Below are positions 58,461 through 64,000 of a stretch of DNA of 64,000 bases, one piece after another. The notes beneath the pieces are model-generated. The model ran no database searches. It was not told where the DNA came from and saw only the letters and a program-made list of their open reading frames with translations. A program made the position numbers and the translations under genes. Source of the stretch: Paraphysomonas bandaiensis (Eukaryota; Protista; Chrysophyceae); NCBI GenBank assembly GCA_965644295.1, contig CBFFRP010000210.1, positions 1 to 64,000 on the forward strand, in the 5' to 3' direction. The first letter of the stretch is position 1. Every line of letters begins with the position of its first letter.

Positions 58461-60500
58461 TATTAAGATGAATCCTAATACGCCCCCTCAATGAAAAATT
58501 CAGTGAATCATAGATAATATAGGGAATATAGGACTTATACCCACTGAGAGTAAAAACCAGAGTAGTAGTCACCATCCAATGACGAGCGAACTACAGAGAT
58601 GCCGTATTGTGAGACTATCCTTCTAGTCCAGCATCATAATATATTGAACAAAATAAAAAAAATGGTAAAAACTCCGTGTGACTCAAACTAGCCACCTTGG
58701 TCGCTTGTGACTTGGTGTTTGAGATTTGGGTGTCTCTGAGATTGTTGATCGCTTTATGTTACTGCTAGATGGAATGTCGGACCCTGCTCCCCCCATCAAT
58801 GTAGTTCGCAATTTTAGAAAATTAGTTGCACCTAGTGGTTTCGTTATAGGAGATCGGTTAACATTGACGTGGTGGGAATATGGTCAACAGTCAATCGGTT
58901 TTCAGCAATATTTTCTCGAATGAAATGATACCGTATCGCAATATGTTTCGTACGACGGTGATGAGTGGGATTGTAGCATAATTGGACTGCACCTTTGTTA
59001 TCACACCAAATTGTTGTGGAGAATGGAAGTCGGAATCCGATTTCCGATAATAATGAACGTAGCCATAAGGCTTCCTGAGCAGCTGATGATAGTGCCATAT
59101 ATTCAGCCTCAGTGGAATCCACAGCTGTCTGTAAACGAGATTGCCATGATATAAGACAATTACCTATAAAGAAAGTAAAAGCTGTAGTGGATCGTCGAGT
59201 TAGATGACAGCGTGCCCAGTCACTATCGCAGTATCCTGATAGCGTGATGCTGGATCCTGAGTATGTCAATCCTTGCTGAGTAGTGCCTTTTTAAATACCT
59301 AAGAACATGTAACGCGGCATTACAGGTGGTTAGATTAGGCATATCAGAAAATCTGGCAAGGGTATTGACTGCATAAGCGATATCCGGTCGAGTGCATACA
59401 GCTAGATACATCAGAGAACCAATGAGTTCCTTTTGTAGGGGAAGTTCTGAACGTAGGTTTTATTTGAATCTGAAAGCTGACTGAATTCGTGTAGATCATA
59501 GTTGAAAGAAAGTAGCATGGGCGTTGACATGGGTTTGCAGTTAGACATATGAAATTTGTCCAATGGCTTGTTGACATACTGCTCCTGACTTAGAGTTGTG
59601 ATATATTCTTATCGAGGTCTTGATGGATGGAAATGCCCAAATAATAATCTAAGAGTCCGAGATCAGTGATTTCAAACTTTTCAGCTAGGTGAGTTTTGAA
59701 TTCTTGGATATCCGTGTCGGATTTGGATGCTATGATGATATCGTCCACGTACATTGCTATCAGCATATTTCTGCCATTAATCTGCTTTTTGAATATACAC
59801 GGATCAGATATTAATCGAGTAAAACCCAGATCTAGCATGAAATTGGTACAGCATTTATACCAGTTCAAACCTGCTTGTTTGAGACCATAAATGCTCTTTA
59901 GAAGTTTGAGAACTTTACCGTCAGGAACGTCCATACCAGGAGGGGGATGCATATATATGTCCTCCTCGAGGTCAGCATTGATGTACGCAGTTGTGAAATC
60001 GATTTGGTGAAGTTTGAGTTTCATAATGGTTGAAAGAGCAATAATTGTTCGTAATGACGTCGCTTTGGCAACTGGGCTGTAGGTATCAGTGTAGTCAATG
60101 CCAGGCAGTTGGGTAAATCCCTGAGCGACTAGTCGAGCCTTGAATTTAACGTCTTTCTACTTTCTTTTGATTTTGAAGATGAGCTTTCCTTTTATGGCTC
60201 TTGCACCGGGTGGTAATGAAGCATATCTCCTGCATCCCTTCCTCTGGAGAGTGGATATTTCTTTGTTGATGGCATCAATCCACTGCTGTTTATATTCACC
60301 TGAAACAGCATCTTGTACACTTTTTGGTGTATCCGTTAGTTCGTCAACATCATCACAATTAGTAGCATGCATAACAATGTCAATATTATTTGGATGTAAT
60401 TTACTTATGCATTGTTTATCATGTGCCATATGATTCAATACATGTTGAGCATTTACATTGCATGTATATACACCATCAACAAATTTATGTACATTTACGA
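58461..60500 (-). mobile_element. Decayed, 5'-truncated Copia of a second family (RT-RNase H, PPT, start of 3' LTR)
   Basis: Frameshifted fragments LLKSIYGLKQAG, MYVDD, TRPDIAYAV, YCDSDWA and RTKHIAIRYHFIRE; PPT TTGAGGGGGCG at 58491-58481. LTR extent not determined. Confidence 0.9.
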
Positions 60501-60823
60501 TTACCCTTTTTCTGGCCTGGCTCTTTCTACCAGCTGAAACTTTTTGCCTTGTAGTGGCACGGACCTTGCATTTAGAGTCATGAGTTTACATACTGTGCAT
60601 TGCGCTGTATCGTATATAGCAGTCAATGCAAGTCGTGTGTATTGTCTGTACAGACAGAATACATGGTACTCTGGATAGCTCTCACTTCTTTTATTCATAG
60701 TTAGTGCAGTATTTTCGAATATATCTTAGGTGGTGATACTGTCTGAGTATATATTATGAACTGCAACCTTCAACCATGCCATGACCAATTACCCAAACCA
60801 TTAATCTTTTTACATAATAAAAC

Positions 60824-61372
60824 GGGATATATTATTCAACCTAGTCAATTTGGTGGACTTTCCTAGTCACACCAAAATTGGTGTAATAACCTAGTCAAAG
60901 CAATAAATGACTCAACCTAGCCAATTATAGTATTAAACCTAGTCATGAATTGTACTCGCATATAGCTACGAATTACAGAAGCATGAGGTCATAGAAGGTG
61001 AATTAAAAGGTTTCATCAATGTTTCTGAAGGCGACTGAAGGACATCTATGGAGATTGTGTTGAGAAAGAATGGTGTACAAAAGCTTACTTGAGCATTGGA
61101 GAGAGCGATGGAGTCCTGCCCATGCTGTTATATCTTACTATATTACTGCTCTTTAGCTTTGTGTTCGCCTGATCTATGTTGTATTGATTTTAATTCACCT
61201 TCTATGACCTCATGCTTCTGTAATTCGTAGCTATATGCGAGTACAATTCATGACTAGGTTTAATACTATAATTGGCTAGGTTGAGTCATTTATTGCTTTG
61301 ACTAGGTTATTACACCAATTTTGGTGTGACTAGGAAAGTCCACCAAATTGACTAGGTTGAATAATGTATCCC
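60824..61372. mobile_element. Mutator-type MITE with ~184-bp TIRs
   Basis: Near-perfect TIRs starting GGGATA; 9-bp TSD TAATAAAAC/TAATACAAC; periodic G(A/G)CTAGG motifs. Confidence 0.92.
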
Positions 61373-61468
61373 TAATACAACTGATTGGTGCTACTATGTC
61401 ATACTTTAGCACTCCTGTTGTATTTTATTTATTGTCGACGAAGTTGTGTTGGTACGATGTAAATATAT

Positions 61469-62990
61469 TGAATGTCTGATTATTTAGCAATAGGCGTTGA
61501 GAACTTGCACCAATTAGTGGCTAGAAGAATGCTAGTCATACTACTTAGACCTCTACCCGTAACTAATCAATACAAACACTTTTATCCTACTATTTAACGC
61601 TACAGAAGCTGCTTGTGCGTCGCCGCAAGCACCAAGGTGCAACCACTTCCGTTCTTAGTGTGTGTTATGAAATTCGCCTTTTTCGTGTGTCTTGGGACTC
61701 ACCGGCGCGTTTGATCTGGGGGTCTCCCCTTGGGATGAGTCTCTGTTGGGTGAGGAGAAGGCTCAGTGTTTCCGAGTTCCAGGCGAGTAGGTTGTGAGTT
61801 GGAAGAAGTGGTGGAGGGTGGTGTTAGATGTGTGGTCGCTGATGCTGTGCTGTCTTTGGGCCTCTGGAGTAAATAGAGTTGTCGTAGTCTGCGGCGTTGT
61901 GGAGGTCTGGGCGGTACTGAATGCTGTTGAGTTGGATAGGTGGAGTTTGAGTGTGAGACGGGGCGCGGTGGAACAATGGGAGGTCTTCGCTGGATCCCTA
62001 GCAATCGAAGTACTCTCGGACGCTTCCATGGCTGACTACGTTTCGGGTGTGTTCGCGGAAGTAACCGAGGCGGTCTTTTGTGCTGCGTGATATAACGGCG
62101 GCCACGATCTTGTAACATTAGCTTCGCTGCGGCGTAAAGCGGGTGCAGTAAATCTATGACCGCTGTTTCTAGGTTTCGTAGACTGTGTGCCGTCAGGCGG
62201 TTGTGTATGTGGTCCCCAAAGACTGTTTCGAGTTGGGCTGTTGTGATAGTTCCTGTCCAGTATCTCTCCACCTGCGGGGTGGATGGATCCCAGGCCCTTT
62301 TGGAGAGTCTCTGTAGTGCAGTTGTCATCCAGTTGAGTAGGGTCTGGTCTCTTTGGATTGCATGGAGAGCATTTTTGTGCATTTGAAATGCGGTTTCTCT
62401 TAGCTGGGTGATGGTCTCGTGTGTGCAGTCGAGGCACATGTGCTTAAGAGAGTCCAGCCGAAAGCCACAGTCAGAGCATGCAGCTTTGCTCAAGTCAAGG
62501 CCTTGTTTGGTTTTGGCCCGGTTACGTCCTATACAAAAGGATTTGTCCCACGTCAGCGCCGTGTTGAGTATTCTTTGTCTTAAGTGCGAGCTGTCTTTAT
62601 CTTTGGACGTTCCTCCATCCGCTTGTGCCAGTTTACGTGGGAGGAGCGCTCCACTGGCAGTCCAGAAGCCGGGTGCTCGGTCCTGGTTGTGTCCATAGCA
62701 ATGGTCTCTGTTGGCGGTGTAGTTCTAGAGTGTCCGTTGGTTGCAGAGGGCGTGGAAGTCAGTAAGGAGTGGGCTTGTGTGGTGTGGCCTTCGGACTCCG
62801 GGCAAGCGCCAGTGCCATAATCCAGCTGTTAGTAAGCGTTCAATGGCTGTGTCTACTGCCATTGTATAGACAGTGTAATTCTGTTTACCAAGTAGGCGGT
62901 CAACTTCGTGCCAGTCATCACCTGCAACTGCATCTGCTATGTAGGTGCCCTTGTCCTCGAATGTCCACTCCGATTCTTCCGTGGTACGTC
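61469..62990 (-). mobile_element. Second 5'-truncated copy of the RNase H LINE family
   Basis: Homologous to 37104-38645; same 3' end CAGACATTCA; in-frame stop at 62725; possible TATAT TSD. Confidence 0.92.
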
Positions 62991-63025
62991 TATATATGCC
63001 GTATTTACTTAAATGCATAACATAC

Positions 63026-63201
63026 TTGTTTTCTCCTCTGCATGACCTCGTACTTATCCTCCATGTCGCCCTTGAATCTAAACCTATACTGCCCCACACA
63101 ATACTTTATCCCGCGGCAGCATAGACTTATGTCTCCCTGTTGTATACCGAGAGCAGTGGAGATGGCAATGCCACTGGGGTAGGACTGCAGCACATTTCCC
63201 T
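63026..63201 (-). CDS. Probable exon encoding a NUMOD1/IENR1-like HTH DNA-binding motif
   Basis: YPSGIAISTALGIQQGDISLCCRGIKYCVGQYRFRF, bounded by CAG acceptor and GTATGT donor. Confidence 0.55.
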
Positions 63202-63283
63202 CTGCTCACATACATATATAAGATTCACACATAACACACATTAGTAACGCAAATGCACATACACACAGCATGAGGCGAGCCCC

Positions 63284-63648
63284 CTGCCCCATTCTGAGCG
63301 CGTACTTAGGTAGATCCGGGTGGGGTCCGGGTGGGTACCTAACTAATACTTGATTTAAGTCCCATACGTTATTTGCTAGCTACCTACTGAACCCAACTAG
63401 CTACATCATTATCACATGGAGACGTTTTTTGACAAAGTGGACCAGCCCTCCACTTGTCGGCTTGTCGGACTGTATTTGGTCCCACTCGAAATAAAAAAAT
63501 TGTACTCATTTTGACTACAATTTCAAAGCTCTACACCCACATTCCATACGAAAAAACACAATACAAAAAAATAAAGTGGGACCAGACTGGTCCGCTTTGT
63601 CGAAAAAAGTCTCCATGGTATTCAGCGCTGAATATGCAGTGAGAACCC
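63284..63648 (+). mobile_element. Left end of the CTGCCCCATT family with a nested MITE
   Basis: Matches 3091-3256 apart from the insertion. Confidence 0.85.
63419..63613. mobile_element. 195-bp MITE with 27-bp TIRs (GAGAC...GTCTC) flanked by CATG
   Basis: TIRs match 24/27; empty site seen at ~3220-3230. Confidence 0.88.
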
Positions 63649-64000
63649 CGACCTGAGCCACATGTTCTGATATTCTGCTCCATAGTGGTTTGAGGTTTTT
63701 CAAAAAAATAACCTTTTTGTTCGAAAACTTACTATTTTTATACCTATAAAAGTGGTATTTTTATAAAAACATTCCTTGTTTTCTCGTAATCGTATCATTC
63801 TAAGATAGCATGACGTTCATAGCATACATTAACGAGCTCATCCAGCTTGCTATCGATATCTAACAATAAAAATCCATTAATCACATCAGGATAATAATTC
63901 CAGACTATCATAATCATCATTAATCTATATATAAATACGTTTTATTGGATGTATATGGCATGATGATACTCACACCACTGTACACACCTCTGATCGCACT

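Noticed and set aside
60824-61372. Periodic GACTAGG motifs as a CRISPR-like array
   Set aside because: Only 7-bp motifs inside TIRs; spacers are mirrored between arms; eukaryotic context with no cas genes.

Overview
Eukaryotic nuclear DNA: short GT-AG introns, standard code, (TATG)n/(CA)n tracts. A protist is likely and a stramenopile is plausible, but that is inference only. Host genes recognised: GPKOW/MOS2-like splicing factor, RPL36, a CDPK-like kinase head-to-head with a CaMKK/GRIK-like kinase, a ~3400-aa CEP350/DUF4378-like coiled-coil protein, a tandemly duplicated block (SDT1-like HAD nucleotidase plus NRS/ER rhamnose-synthesis enzyme), RPS2, and a lipase_3/transmembrane/P-loop GTPase fusion gene split by a young Copia insertion. 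Mobile content is dense: an intact Copia with non-canonical TA...TA LTR termini, a second decayed Copia, two 5'-truncated RNase H-bearing LINEs, Mutator-type and other MITEs, a probable Crypton relic and decayed giant-virus-style ankyrin repeats. The most unusual structure is 1-7800. Two 2048-bp direct repeats, each a Polinton/virophage-like protease gene fragment fused to a Mutator 5' end, bracket a 2660-bp near-perfect palindrome (1301-bp arms, 58-nt spacer). The palindrome carries two divergent intronless retropepsin-like aspartic protease genes and ends at MITE-family termini. All calls were made by eye, without database searches.
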